Source of the DNA: Octopus sinensis
Taxonomy: Eukaryota
Reading direction: 5' to 3'
DNA length: 64,000 bases
NCBI RefSeq assembly: GCF_006345805.1
Contig: NC_043008.1
Span: forward strand, 41,292,001 to 41,356,000
Below, piece after piece: positions 1 through 14,049 of this stretch. The translations under genes were made by a program, and so were the position numbers. Within the stretch, counting starts at the first letter, position 1, and each line of letters starts with the position of its first letter. The notes beneath the pieces are model-generated. The model saw nothing but the letters and a program-made list of their open reading frames with translations. It did not search any database and was not told the origin of the DNA.

Positions 1-409
1 TTATTTTCAACAGTGTAAGTCGCTTCATATGATGAAAAAAAAACTGCAGCATTTTCAAAAATTGGTCTATATGCCTCGAGGGGAAATTTATAAATGTACT
101 CTTCATACATTATTCTTACATTGAACTCGAAGTTTTATGAACCTCTTCGAGAAATCCAATACTCGAAATTCAATGCATCAAGCTTGTATACATAAGCATC
201 TGCGAAACATAAATGCATTGTCAGGATAAAATGGCTATAAACAGCTAAATACCACCATACTGTGTTAGAGTTTGTGTGCTGAAAAAAGAGGGAACAGAAG
301 CCTTTTAATGGGATTGGTGGCAGGATCTGGCAACTTCACGATTCAGCGTAAATATGTGCAGCGTTCTACATTCAACCACAATAGGCCACAGATAATTTGT
401 TACTGAAGT

Positions 410-662
410 ACCTACTTTGATGACCTGCTGTGACTCTGTAGATGAGGCAAAGTAGTGCGAAAAGCTAATAATATCGATCTCCAGTTGATTCTTCTACAAC
501 AACCTTGACTTCATATGATACACCATAAATGGAATGGAAAACAAACCTGAAATTGATGAGACTCCGATTAACCGAATTCTTTCGGTATTCAACTTTCCCA
601 AATGATTGCAGCCTTAAATCTCAGAATTGTCAGACATCGCGCACTCAGCTCTTCGGGGATGA

Positions 663-713
<51 letters not shown>

Positions 714-1640
714 TTGGCATGCCTGATCTCTTCTATAGGCTCTGACACTCGAGTTTTTACTGTCCAAGCTAGAACTGAGCGACATCACTTTCTAATTGAG
801 CAGGTGAAAGGTTGTGTCTGTTTATGAGGATGATATCACAGTAATGATATCACATACCACGCAAGTCCAGGTAGAAGATTCCATTCTAAAGGAAACAAAG
901 GGATGACAGGAGCAAATATAAATCTAAAGAAGTCGGTATGCTTGTGACTGGCCCCGGAAGAAGCAAGTCTATGACATCGAATAGCATAGCAGGTAACTGG
1001 ATAGACGGGCTGGTGAAAGTTATTGGGTCCTGTTTTATTTAGGACACTCAGGTGGACAAAAATTGAGACGAAGTTAGAAACAGGGTGGTCAGCCTCACTC
1101 TCAAAAGGGCTAAGAGAAAACTAACCCCAAAATTGCGAGCATTTCCACTTAAGAGCAATGCCACCGGTACCAGATAAACTGTAAAGGTACGGTGACACAA
1201 CCAGGCATGCATAGGACGAGGAAACCTTATTGCGCGAACTTGTGCAATATCCGAGAATTGCTGAGTTTTGCTAAATGTCGAAGAGCTGTTGTCATGTGAA
1301 AGATGAATTCGACTATCGGCCGGATCCACCGGAAATATCTCTCCACCAATCACCTTTAACAAGGCAGGGCAGGCAATGTTCCTCTGTCAAGTAGTTATGA
1401 CGAAAGGGGTTGTGTGTTGTCGAGGTTTATAGGATTGAGGTTAGACAAAGTCGTTTTCCACCAAGCACACATCAACAGTTTTGTTTAAGTTCCACTCAGA
1501 AAGGAAAGTGTAGTTGGAGAGGAAGGTCCGTCTCAGACTGAATTCCTGAAACGTTTGCAGATTGTGCAAAATTAGATTTAGGCGTATGGTCCTAGACGAA
1601 GCATATTCTTGTAGACTGGAGAACAAGACTTAAGCGAGGT
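410..1640 (+). mobile_element. Decayed L1-clade (Tx1-like) LINE, reverse transcriptase region, interrupted by (TA)n
   Basis: Frameshifted translations give SLL*ALTLEFLLSKL (~730-775; cf. PLLYALxLEPLL), SVYEDDITV (817-843; YADD motif), TGANINLKKS (906-935; cf. GAKINxxKS) and VIGSCFI*DTQVDKN*DEV (~1020-1075). The weaker upstream match is YFDDL..SVDEAK*CE at ~415-460. Many stops. Confidence 0.75.
665..711. repeat. (TA)n microsatellite
   Basis: Direct reading. Confidence 0.95.
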
Positions 1641-1861
1641 CGGTTGCCTTTCGTGGGCAGTATAATCTTGGCTGTGTTCGATTCCTTGATTTCCATAGCT
1701 GTAAATTTTCCTGTATTAGGAGAACTAATATTTGTATAGTCGGTACAGTGTTTATTTCCCTTCAACTTGTCCCCTCATATTCCATGTAATCCAGCACACA
1801 GACTGTAGTCTGTTCTCGTGATATCCTCGTTTCTTTACGAATATTTTAAGTAAAGAATTTA

Positions 1862-1900
<39 letters not shown>

Positions 1901-1965
1901 TATTATTATTATTATTATTATTGTTGTTGTTGTTGCTATTGCTGCTGCTGCTGTTATGGTTGTCG
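1862..1965. repeat. Compound triplet microsatellite (ATT)n-(GTT)n-(GCT)n
   Basis: Direct reading. Confidence 0.9.
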
Positions 1966-2339
1966 TCGCCATTTCACTCGTTGATGTTGTGGTTGATGTC
2001 GCTCTTCTTCTGTTCGTTTTCCTGCGTTTGTTCTTCTACAACTAATCTACGTCTTCGTATTTGTTTCCTCTTTCATCATCGTCTTTAAAATATACTATGT
2101 TTGGCATATCTTTTGTCTGTAATGTTATTTATTAGCAGGCAACAATAAATATTGTTCTCCTTGTATAAAGGTTTGTGTTAGATTAAAGATCTAAATTGGA
2201 AACGGCTGAACAAAAAATATTTCAGAGTAAAAAAAATATTAATGGCAACAATTTAAAACAAAGAATAAAAATGAAGTCCTTAAATAATACAATTTATTTT
2301 TAACATATGAAAGTGAGTACATACTTACATAGCAATGCA

Positions 2340-2418
2340 CTAGTAAATATATATAATATATATTATATATATATATATAATATATGTGGTGTGTGTGTAT
2401 ACGTATGTGTATATATAC

Positions 2419-2456
<38 letters not shown>

Positions 2457-2657
2457 TATAATATATATATTATATATATATAAATATGTATGTACGTATG
2501 TATGTATTATGTATGTATGTATGTATGTATGTATATGAAAGTGTATTTTAAGAAATCGATTCTTCAATTCTCGATACGTTTTGCATAGACGATGCTTGAA
2601 TGCGGATTTGTATGTATTAACGTATATATATATATATATATATATATAGGTAAACGT

Positions 2658-2732
<75 letters not shown>

Positions 2733-2970
2733 TGTGCGTTTTGTATATATATATATATATACATATATATACTATATATAATATATAAATATATTCATAT
2801 AATATATGTATACATAAATAAAATATATGTATGTATACATACATATAGATATTATATATATATATATATATATATATCTATATATGTATGTATACATAAT
2901 ATATCTGTATATATATATATGTATATATATATGTATGTTATATATAGACGTACGTATATATATATGTATG

Positions 2971-3006
<36 letters not shown>

Positions 3007-3210
3007 ATATATGTATGTCTATATATATGTGTGTATACATGCATATATAATATATGTATATATAGATGTATATATACATGCAGATATATATATATGTATA
3101 TATATGTATAGATATGTATATATACATATATATATATACATATATATATATATATGTATATATAATATATATATATATTATATATATATATATATATATA
3201 TTATATACAG
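2340..3210. repeat. TA/TG/TATG low-complexity microsatellite field (source of the spurious YI-rich ORFs)
   Basis: Direct reading. Confidence 0.9.
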
Positions 3211-3497
3211 GTGTGTGCGGGAGATAATTCTGTGCTTTTATTCTCAGAAGTATTTTTGAAAGTGTGACGTAATCTTCTTTAATAGTAATGGAACAATATC
3301 AATAATGCGTGTGGGAGGCTTAGTGTACTTTATAACCCTCAACATTTTTCAATTTTATATGTTCACGTATATATAGAATCACATAATAGAATCCACAATA
3401 CTCACCATATATGTGTATATGTGTGTGCAAAATATAATAATAAATATATATACGTATACGTATATATATTGTATGTATATTTATAAATATATATATC

Positions 3498-3531
<34 letters not shown>

Positions 3532-5809
3532 ATAATATATATAATATATATATATACAGAGTACTTTTTTAATCTAAAATCAAGGAAGCTGCAAGACCAA
3601 AGAGAACGTTATGCTAGTTAAATATAACTGCAGAACAATTCTATTTTTTATGTTTCATGATTTACCAAAGAAATACTGCTTTCTTTAATCCAGAGATATC
3701 TGAAGTGCTTATGTAGGCATGCAAATATGTATATGAAAGCACCTACATCTATACACATATACAAGCACGTATACGTACCAACATATATATAAATAGTCAG
3801 ATGTCATGAAAATACGTATTTTTCAAAGGAGCAAAATTATTAAGATGCCACGCTGAATGATTTCTCAATAAATATATTTAAATTTTCCCTGAAAGCTAAC
3901 TGTAGAAATAAGAAACCGTACGACAATGTGAAATGAAAATAAACTAAGTTATGTGTAGGATCTAGAGATATAATTTCAAGTGTGCAAAAAAGCACGCGTA
4001 CGTATACGTGCGTTGAAGGTCGTTGGACATATAGAAAAAAGAAACATGAAGTGAAATCGCTAGTAAGATGATGCTCAGGAGAGATAAAAATAACCAAAGT
4101 AATAAGCTATTTGCCAGGAGCGCAAAGATGTGGGAAGGGTAAAAAAACATCCAGAACTCCAAATCGTCGCGAATTACAAACAAAGTGGAGTAACGTAGAA
4201 TTCAGAGTTTGGTATACTAGTTAATATGATTAAGAGAACATCATAATTACGCTAAATAAATTAAATAAAGTACGGACCTAGAAGCGAAGGAAGACTACAA
4301 ACCCCAATTCCTAACACAATTCCTGTCACTCCCTGTTTACATGTGATTATTGAAGATTTCTTAAAGAAACTCGCCTTTACAGATTCCAATCTCCACTCGC
4401 ATGTTTTTGTTTATTTTTTCTGTTAACGCGTCTTTCTTTTACATTCTCCATTGCGGCGGCTCCAAGGTGTTACATAGCTGCAAAGTAAGCATCTTAATTA
4501 CAGTCGTATCATGTTTGATTCCACAGCATCTCTTTGTCGAACTGAATAAACGTTGTAGAGCACGTCATTATATTCCAGACATAATTGTGTCTATGGCATT
4601 TATTTTAGTTTTCATATCGAAGTATTTGTATATTTCTCCATATATACAGCTTACTACCTGATCATATCAGTAAATATTTTATGTTAGGAGAGGACTTGGC
4701 AGCCGGAAATTATGTAACGATTGTTTTGGTTTGTTTTTTTTTTTCTTTTATTGCGTAAACTATAATCGGCATTAGCTTCCTCTTCTGTTATTTTATTCTA
4801 GTAGTTTCTTTGTAGCTAGGCATTGATCTTCAGCAAATAAAACGAGACCTTCCGTTTCTGCCTTTACTCTGGAGCGTTTGAGCCATTTTTGGCTTTTATA
4901 TCGAATCACTACTTTTCGGTTCCGTTATGTTGGATACTGACAATAGATAGGTATTTATCTCCATTTGATCTATAGTATTTATTTTTAGTCTCGTACTGAT
5001 TTTATCTTCTATGTTTGTTACATTCTTTCTTCTGTGTAATTGATGTCTGGTTTATATAATACTCTTTTATTCCATACATAAATTCCTGTTGGTTTTTTTT
5101 TTGTTCTTTTTGCTTCATATCGCTTTATTATACAAACCTGTCTATATCTGCTTCCATCACCTGTTTGGTCTGGACACAAATTTACTTTAGAACACTTCAC
5201 ATTTTGAATAACACATAACGCCCAGTAGGATTGGCAGGTATAGTTTATATTTCTATATATAACAAATTCAGACGGTATAATCGAAATGGTGTGGTTATTT
5301 TTGAATATTATGTATATAATCTGTTCCATACGTTTAATTTCTAATTTATTACATTGAAGAATAACATTATCGCTAGGATGATTGTCTGTGTTTCACCTAT
5401 ATCTTCATTTCAGGCATTGAATACGAATTTTAATATTCATCTATTATTAATGCACCATTCTAATTTTTGTCACCATTGCGGTTTTTTTTATCTGATGTCT
5501 TATCTCGACATCATCCTATTTTAGTTTAAATGCTTTGTTTTAGTAGTTAACGTGTTTTCAATTATTTTCTTAATTTCCCACTCTCTTTTTGTGTGATCTG
5601 TCTAGCCATTCAATTTTATATCCCTGCTGTGTATTTATAGTATATCAAAAGATCAAAACAGCTCTGAAACTGTTATACAAACAGAAAAGAGGGCAACACT
5701 CCCTCGTCATTCGAAGAATCTTTTTTTACTTCATAGATCTACGCTTATCATACGCGTGCACTCTGCTAAGGTAACCTGCACAAGTCTCCAGCGTGTTACC
5801 AATCAAACA

Positions 5810-6180
5810 CGTTCGTCTCTGTGTTTAGCCCCTTGTGGGTAGTAAAGAAATAGGTATTTCGTCTGCCGAGGTCGACTTTGCCTTTCATCCTTTCGGGGTC
5901 GATTAAATAAGTACCAGTTACGCACTGGCGTCGATATAATCGACTTTATCCGATTGTCTGTCATTCTTTGCCATCTCTGTATTTAGCCCCTTGTGGGTAG
6001 TAAAGAAATATGTATTTCGTTTGTCTTTAAGTTCTGAGTTCACATTCTACGGAGATCTACTTTCCTTTTCATTTTTTCGGGGTCGATAAATTATGTAACA
6101 GTTGCGTATTGGAGTCAATCAAATCAACTGCTACCCTAGCCAAACATTTCGGGCCTTGTCCCTAGAGTAGAAAAAGATAA
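5810..6180 (+). mobile_element. Tandem head-truncated units of an OK-like tRNA-derived SINE
   Basis: Repeated core GCCTTTCATCCTTTCGGGGTCGATWAAWTAAGTACCAG and tail TTTAGCCCCTTGTGGGTAGTAAAGAAATA joined directly to GTATTTCGT (5843-5862, 6002-6021). Confidence 0.85.
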
Positions 6181-6194
6181 TTTGTTTGAAACTA

Positions 6195-6400
6195 AGGTGG
6201 CGAGCTGGCAGAATCGTTAGCACGCCTGGCGAAATGGAAATGCTTAGCGGTATTTCGTCTGTTGCTTACGTTCTTGGTTCAAATTGCGCCTATGTCGACT
6301 TTGCTTTTCATTCTTGCAGGATCGATAAATCTAGTACAAATGCGTACTGGGGTCGATGTGATCGATTGGACCCCTCCCTACAAAAATCCAGGTGTTGCGT
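6195..6400 (+). mobile_element. OK-like tRNA-derived SINE, diverged full-head copy
   Basis: Head GGCGAGCTGGCAGAATCGTTAGC (A-box-like), GGTTCAAATT (B-box-like); body homologous to 10305 and 16598 copies. Confidence 0.85.
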
Positions 6401-7209
6401 ATATAGCAGAAAGTATTATTAGTTTGAAGCGGTTTAAGGTAAAAGCTAACTGTAAGAATTAATTCGCTACAGAGTTCAGTTGTTCCACCTAAGTTAATAT
6501 CTGATTAATCATAAAATACCTACGTAAGGAGAAAACTGTTGTAAACAACACCTGGGTTTAAACATAGTGACAGCCTACTGTGATTGCAATTGTATTTCCT
6601 CAATACTGATAAATTATTCTTTAATAAATTGTATTGTGTGATCACATTTACAATAATTAATATATAAAAATGTGTTCCTATTAATTGATTTGCTGCAGTC
6701 ATGTCTCCAGAGAGACACCAACGTTCATTACTGTATATTGCTTTCTTCTTCAATATCTATATATGACAGTAATCACGTACATATGTATATACTGTATTAT
6801 ATTACGTCACACACAAATACACATTCACATATGCACAGATTCATACACACACATGTATTTACTTACGGAGGAAAGTATGTCTCTCCACTACTACGTCTAA
6901 CAAAGTTCAGGTTGCTACTACTGCAAATTTTTACTATAACAACATTCATAATAATAATCACACGAATTATGCCGACGACGACGACGACGACGACGACGGG
7001 GATGATGATGACGATGATGATAAGGTTGTGATGATGATGGTCACGGTAGTCTTTATCATCATCAACGACATGATAACTATAAAGCACGTGGTCCCCCCAA
7101 AAATATAGATATCAGGTTACACACATTTATACAGGATCGCTGACACATACATATGTACATACATATATATAGATATATAATATATGTATATGTATATATA
7201 TATACATAT

Positions 7210-7245
<36 letters not shown>

Positions 7246-7250
7246 ACATA

Positions 7251-7299
<49 letters not shown>

Positions 7300-7399
7300 T
7301 ACATATATATATATAAATATACATATATATTGCATATATATATATACATAAATACCACATATATATATATGACTACTCAAAACCAATATACATAAAGAA

Positions 7400-7786
7400 G
7401 TACATGCTCTGTTTACTCTTTTACTTGTTTCAGTCACTTGACTGTGGCCATGCTGGAGCACGCCTTTAGTCGAGCAAATCGACCCCAGGACTTATTCTTC
7501 GTAAGCCTAGTACTTATTTAATCGGTCTCTTTTGCCGAGCCGCTAAGTTACGGGGACGTAACACAAGCGACGTTGGGGGGGGGACACATAGAAACACAAA
7601 CATAAAAACACACACACATATATACGACGGGCTTCTTTCAGTTTCCGTTTACCAAATCTACTCACAAGGTTTTGGTCGGCCCGAGGCTATAGTAGAAGAG
7701 CACCTGCCCAAGGTGCCACGTGGTGGGACTGAACCGGAACCATATGGCTGGTAAGCAAGTTACTTACCACACAACCACTCCTATGC
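7400..7786 (-). mobile_element. OR2-like (CORE-type) composite tRNA-derived SINE
   Basis: Reverse complement of head AGGAGTGGTTGTGTGGTAAG...GGTTCAGTCCC, CORE-like CCTTGGGCAGGTG, internal CA/TA repeat, (AAGAGTAA)n tail; homologous to 43872, 48824, 49459 copies. Confidence 0.9.
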
Positions 7787-7865
7787 ATGTATACACAATC
7801 ATCAGTATATGCATATATGTATACACGCATATACATGCATACATTCATACATACTTACATAATTA

Positions 7866-7955
7866 CAAATACATACATACACACACATACATACATACAT
7901 ACATACATACATACATACATACATACATACATACATACATACATACATACATGCA
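7866..7955. repeat. (TACA)n microsatellite
   Basis: Direct reading. Confidence 0.95.
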
Positions 7956-8118
7956 TACATACGCGTGTCTGTATCTTCTTGCTCCGATATTGTGTGACTT
8001 ACTCAATAAAATAATTGTCGGAACCAAAATTTTGGCAAGGTATTTTGTTATTTACTTCGTGGGATTATGAAACTCTAGTAATGTTCATTGCTGCTGTACT
8101 TGCAATGGGATCAAGCGT

Positions 8119-8160
<42 letters not shown>

Positions 8161-8385
8161 GAGGAGGAGGGGAGGAGGAGGAGGAGGAGGACGAGGACGA
8201 GGAGGACGAGGACGAGGAGGACGAGGACGAGGAGGGTGAGGAGGAGGACGAGGAGCTGGAGAAGAAGAAGAAGAAGGAGAAGGAGAAGAAGAAGATGAAG
8301 AAGAAGAAGGAGAAGGAGAAGAAGAAGATGAAGAAGAAGAAGATGAAGAAGAAGAAGAAGAAGAACAGCAGCAGCAGCAGCAGCT
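8119..8385. repeat. Purine-rich triplet ladder (AGT)n-(AGG)n-(ACG/AGG)n-(AAG)n-(AGC)n
   Basis: Direct reading; explains the poly-S/G/E/K ORFs at 8015-8443. Confidence 0.9.
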
Positions 8386-8523
8386 GCCCTGGAATTTCAA
8401 AGTGCATCATTTGACAACAGGTGAAGACAAAATGTGTGGGCATATTCTGTTTATTTCGTCTTCGTATTTCTCTCCTTCTCTTTTTTTCCTCTCTCTCTCT
8501 CTCTCTCCCTCTGTATATATATG

Positions 8524-8595
<72 letters not shown>

Positions 8596-8772
8596 CACAT
8601 TGTACATATATGTATGTATGTATGTATTTATATGTGAACATATGTAGTATATGATATATATGGATGCATATATGTGTTGTATATGAGTGTCTGGTTGTGC
8701 GCGCATGGGCATGTGCATATATTTTATGCATAGGTGTGTATGCATATATGCAACACACATGTATATATATAG

Positions 8773-8806
<34 letters not shown>

Positions 8807-9707
8807 TACATACACATGCATATGGTTTTTGATATAGGCCTACCTTTGTGTTTCGTCTTGTATGTGTTTCCATCTGTTATTCAAATCCATATTTATGTGA
8901 ATAAATGTATATGCTATTAAGAATAGGAAAAAAATGTTATACTTAAGAATTTTGTATTAAATTAGATAAAGAAAACTATTCGCTTATTTTCTTTAGTCCA
9001 TTAAATAGCTATATTAGGAAATGCACTTGCTTAACTTTGGATACCGCCTAATTGAACTCATACTCTCTGTTACAGGTGCATTTCTCTTGAGGTATCTTAG
9101 AAATATTTCTCAACCTTGTATACAATAGATTATTGATGGTATCATAAAGTATAAGATTTTTTTCTACATTACCTTGTAGATTTTTATTGCCAATATTTAA
9201 TAATATAGTCAAAAGTAACTACTTTCGTAGTTGTATTACATACTTGACATTTTGATTTGTATATAGGCTTGCATCTTTGTGTGTATGTGTACACATAACC
9301 TTACACTTATGTGTATGTGTATGCCGGGAGTGTGCGTGTATATTTTTATACGTACCCATATAAAACCAGAATTTAGAAAGACACCATCGAAGGCTGTCAT
9401 GTCATATTTCTATCATGTTTGATTATCGATTGAAGAAACTGGAGCATCATATCGATCCTGGATGCCTTTTACTATCGCAAAAGCAAATATAAGCCCTCTT
9501 TTCATTGCGTACATTTAATATTCTACATTGCTCATGTTGCTCATATATTCTCTCATAATCGAAAGATGGTTTTTTGGCAACTGAATATCAAACTTCAGAT
9601 TCCATTTCAATGGTTCATAACACAATTTTAAGACTACAATCGAAAACAAAAATTCGGAAAATTCATCTGGCCATGTTCTAGGATATCACCCAACTTTAAG
9701 TATACAT

Positions 9708-9752
<45 letters not shown>

Positions 9753-10304
9753 GCATACATACAAGCATGTGTGTGTGTATGTGCGTGTGATTGTATGTAT
9801 GTATGTATATATGTATATATATATATATATATACATATGTATGCATGTTGAATATACATCCACATTTATGCATAAGAATATATGTGTGTGTATCCGTGTG
9901 TTTGTGACTATATATACATGATGGTTGCCATCTTGTAAGCGAGTATTGCCATCAATGGCAAAGCGATTTTATATACCTGATAAACATTCCAGAAAATATA
10001 GACAGTTTTCGCCCGGTTGCATTGATCCAGACACAAGCCGATACACGTTATCCGATGACAGTATAATATAATCCTAGATTCACAAACTGGGTAGGGGTGG
10101 CAATGGTGCTAATCGCAAATAAAATCTACCCACAATTCTCTAGGTGAAAAGAATGCGGAAAAGGAACCGAGAAATGCAAAACCCGAAATGAGAGAAGATC
10201 TTGAAAAATTGTTTGAAATCATCAAAACATTTTATAGAGGAAAGCTAAAGAGTAACAACAAAACGACGAATCACATAGTGTTTATACTATAAATACAACA
10301 TACC

Positions 10305-10515
10305 AGGCGGTGACGAGGTAGACACGTTAGCACGCCGGGAGAAATGCTGAGCGGTAGTTTGACTGTCTTTACGTTCTGAGTTCAAATTCTGCCGAGGTCG
10401 GCTTTGCCTTTCATGGTCGATAAATTAAGTACCAATTGCAAACTGGGGACGATTTAATCAGCTGGTTCCCTTCCCCAAAATGTTGGGCCTTATGTCTAGT
10501 GTAGAAACGAATAAA
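10305..10515 (+). mobile_element. OK-like SINE, diverged
   Basis: GTTAGCACGCCGGG...GTTCTGAGTTCAAATTCTGCCGAGGTCGGCTTTGCCTTTCAT...GTCGATAAATTAAGTACC. Confidence 0.85.
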
Positions 10516-10529
10516 TTCAGCATATCTAA

Positions 10530-11600
10530 TTTAAGACTTCATGGTTCCAAAATGAAAAATTCGATGCCTCGGTGGGAAAATATATGCGATTTATTTGATT
10601 TAAATAACACCATCTTAATTCAAAATTTCCCAGCCACAACATTGGTATATCCCGCAACGATATTTTAGTGGTATCACATAACTGTGATGGCCACGCTATG
10701 GATTCCTTTAGAAAACAATTAATTTTTATCAATTCTTTAGGACTTGAAACATCCATCGATAGCAACTAGAGGAAGCTTTTTAGATGTTTCTCAAGATATG
10801 AAAACTAATTTACTTAAGCCTTTCTGCAATACTAACGGGAACATTAAATATATTAATAACCACTCCTGTCACACACCTATCTTATTTAAAAATTAGCTCC
10901 AACCATTAACCTTACATACCTTTCTTCTTCTCAACAAATATTCAAAAATGCTTCCCCATATTATATAATAAGACCCAACGGGTAGCTGCTTTACAGATAA
11001 AATGTTCTAGTGCACTAACCTCCTCTATCATCTATTCAAAAGAATAGATCTCGCCTTTCTCCCTTAAAGTTAGAACAAATGTAGGGAAAGCTTCTTGCGT
11101 TTAGTAGACACTCACTTCTCTATAAGCCATTCATACGAGAGGAATCTTTAATTGACATACGATAAAGGTTAACTTTTCATGTCCTCCTAATGTTATGTCG
11201 TATATCAAGAAGCAACGGAGGACTCAAGCCTGCCCCGGATTCACATATAGAGAAACATCTAAATGTCCTCTACGATAGGAGTGCGATATATCTTCCGTTG
11301 TTTATGAGACACAGGTTTCCGCTGCTAACTTCGATAATGATCGTACAGATGTGAAAAGTTATATTGGAGCCGTGGAAACAAAATTTTAATCTAGATATGG
11401 CAACCATCTTGCGAATTTTAGGTACTGTAGTAAAAGACATTTAATAACCTTTTTGGCTTTAATCAGAAAAGTTGAAGATGAAGGGGTCAGTTTCAATATC
11501 AAATGGAAACATCTCTCCAATCCAGACCCTGTATTAACTGGTCTAAAAAAATGCTCTAGAAAAAATGCAACTATTAAAAAGCTTCAGAACCTCAAAAGAA
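10530..11600 (+). mobile_element. Decayed Penelope-like element (Neptune-type): RT C-terminal half plus GIY-YIG endonuclease
   Basis: Colinear frameshifted motifs: NIGISRND (cf. NIGLYRDD), FLDVS, KPFCNTNGNIKYINNHSCHTP (cf. PYRKPNDxPLYINxxSNHPP), SSSQQIFKNASPYY, SPFSLKVRTNVG, FLRLVDTHF, KVNFSCPPNV (cf. KVSYSCMPN), CPLR*ECDISSVVYETQV...KSYIGAVETKF*SRYGNH, SFNIKWK. Confidence 0.85.
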
Positions 11601-12014
11601 TACAAAAATTAGAGGGATGAGATTTTTTTATTCTAATTCGGCATTTCAAGAAATACGTCAAGTCGATATTTGAAAGTGAAACATCAAACACTTCTTAAAC
11701 AATTAACATACGGTTTACGTCTCCTTGACATCGAGTTATCGCAACATTGGTTATCTCCCTTGTGTTTTTCTTCATGGTTTCTGCTTTACGAGCGTCTCAT
11801 ATTTAAACGTCATCTGCCCAAAAAACAACTGAAGAAATGTCGTAGTAAATAATTATTTCGAACAGGAAAAACTTGGTACCTATATTTACAAGATTTGTGG
11901 GTTTTGTTTTAAGTTAAGATTAAATTTGCGTGTGTGTTTGTATGTGTATATGTGTGTGAGAGAGAGAGAGAGTCCCGGTGTGTAAGTATATATATGTATG
12001 TGTATATATATATA

Positions 12015-12325
12015 TCACCGTTACCGTGACCGACCAGGCTATCAGATGTTGGTACACATCGCTGGTCACAATGCGCTTCGCATTGTTTTTTAGCCTTCAA
12101 ATGATACCACCCCGCTGGCTAAGCGAGCAGGCCAACAGAAGAAAGAGTGAGAGAAAATTGTGGTGAAAGAGTACGGCAGGGATCGCCACCAGCCTCTGCC
12201 GGAGCCTCGTGGAACTTTTAAGTGTTTTCCCTCTATAAACACTTACAACACTCGGGCTGGGAATCGAAACCGCGATCCTACGAGCACGAGTCCACTGTCC
12301 TAACCACTGGGCCATTGCGCCTCCA
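12015..12325 (-). mobile_element. tRNA-derived SINE, a fourth family (single copy here)
   Basis: Reverse complement head GGAGGCGCAATGGCCCAGTGGTTAGG (A box) ... GGTTTCGATTCCC (B box); body unrelated to the other three families; ends in (TA)n. Confidence 0.75.
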
Positions 12326-12336
12326 CACACACACAC

Positions 12337-12372
<36 letters not shown>

Positions 12373-12385
12373 ATATATATATATA

Positions 12386-12459
<74 letters not shown>

Positions 12460-13022
12460 GCATGTTTTTTTACATATCTGCATATATACTCTACACTATG
12501 ACTGTATTCCCTATCTTTTGGCAGAGTTCTTCATCGCCCACGAACGTTTGAGAATTTGCAGAAGTTTTGTTGCACTCAAAGTAAAGCCATATGTACTCAA
12601 TCTGTTAATTACAGGAAACTCCACAGATATTCAAATGCTTTGCATCAACAGCAAGAGGTCTTTATACACAGCTACCATATTTGAGTAAAATTAAGGAAAT
12701 CACTATGATGGCAACATCTAATTAAAAGTTTAAAATTAGAAGTCAAACATTTTTCGTTTCAGTATTTGCGAGATAAAAGACAACGGAATTTTCAAAGACG
12801 CGCAGGAAGATGATAGAAGTAGAGAACATATATCTTACATATAAGAAAAAGGTGTTTGATCTAAAATCAATATAAAAGAAAACATAATAAAAAGCAACAA
12901 AAACTAGGTATTTCCAGCAGTTTTCTTTTCTTCGTTTAACTCATACTGAAAGACATGTTTAATTATTTTTTTACGTTTGAATATCAATATCTTTCGATTT
13001 TTTAACGTACATGTGATAATAT

Positions 13023-13155
13023 ATAGGCGTAGGAGTGGCTGTGTGGCATATCACAGGAGTGGCTGGGTGCTAAATAGCTTCCTTACCAACCATATGGCTA
13101 CGGGTTCAGTCCCACTGCGTGGCACATTGGCAAACTATCTTCTACTATAGCCTGC
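13023..13155 (+). mobile_element. OR2-like SINE 5' fragment with duplicated head
   Basis: AGGCGTAGGAGTGGCTGTGTGG...CAGGAGTGGCTGGGTG...GGGTTCAGTCCCACTGCGTGGCAC. Confidence 0.85.
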
Positions 13156-13880
13156 GCTGGAAGTAGATGTCAAATACCTACAATGCACTCTAAGATTTGT
13201 TCTCTGTATTCAAACACAGGTACAAACGTTAGGGAATGAGCAAAAATATTTTAAAAACTTTGGATAATTCTATACCTTGAGATCTCATGTTCTGTACGAA
13301 ATTGCTCTGCAATCTTCTGTAGAATTTACCATTAATATTTTAAAAGAAAATTATACGTACCCACTGATAAATTCTCCCGCAGATACCTATGTACATATAC
13401 ATTTCCCGCTTATACTTTTAATCTTCCAGCCCATCTCGACCTTGGATTAATGTCAGAAGCCATACGGGATAAATGCAGTCCCGTATTATAATATTTTGAC
13501 TAGAGAACTCTAAGAGTATTTATATACTTATATGATAAGGATATTATCATAAAAATGATTATATCAGTGGCCTAGCGCACAAAAATGACCGAATAGGTAA
13601 CATTAATTTTTTAACGTATATAATTATAAAAGATAATTACAGTTCAGGGTCATTGGAAATAACCAACACCTATGCTAGGAGTAGTTGTCAATTACCTACA
13701 ATTACCCACTCTATTTATTCTTTATAGGTTCGAACAGCATTTACCCCCGTATGACTTCTGACATGAACCGAATGGTCCTGGAAGACGAAATCTATAAGCG
13801 GGAAATATATGTGTACTTTGGTATCTGTTGAATTTATTAGTGGGTACGTATATTCCTCGTTTATATTTTAATGGTATATT

Positions 13881-13928
13881 CTACTGAAGAGCACGGATTT
13901 TAGCAGAGCATGAAATCTCGAGGTATAG
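13881..13928 (+). ncRNA. Degenerate minimal type I hammerhead ribozyme motif
   Basis: cta-CTGAAGA(13884-90)...agagcat-GAAA(13912-15)-TCTCGAG-GTA-tag; stem III region ATCTCGAGGT is self-complementary with G-U; stem II poorly paired. Confidence 0.4.
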
Positions 13929-13963
13929 CACTATCCCAAGTTTTATATATTTCTTGCTTATAG

Positions 13964-14046
<83 letters not shown>

Positions 14047-14049
<3 letters not shown>

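Noticed and set aside
8015-8443. Acidic/basic low-complexity ORFs (poly-E/K/G/S)
   Set aside because: Open in several frames on both strands only because of triplet repeats; no splice or start context
9076-9091. Micro-exon-like signals (also near 4467, 44439, 52348)
   Set aside because: Such short splice-like motifs are expected by chance in 64 kb of AT-rich DNA
11838-11870. CTGAAGA near the Penelope remnant
   Set aside because: No GAAA-palindrome-UH; helices absent
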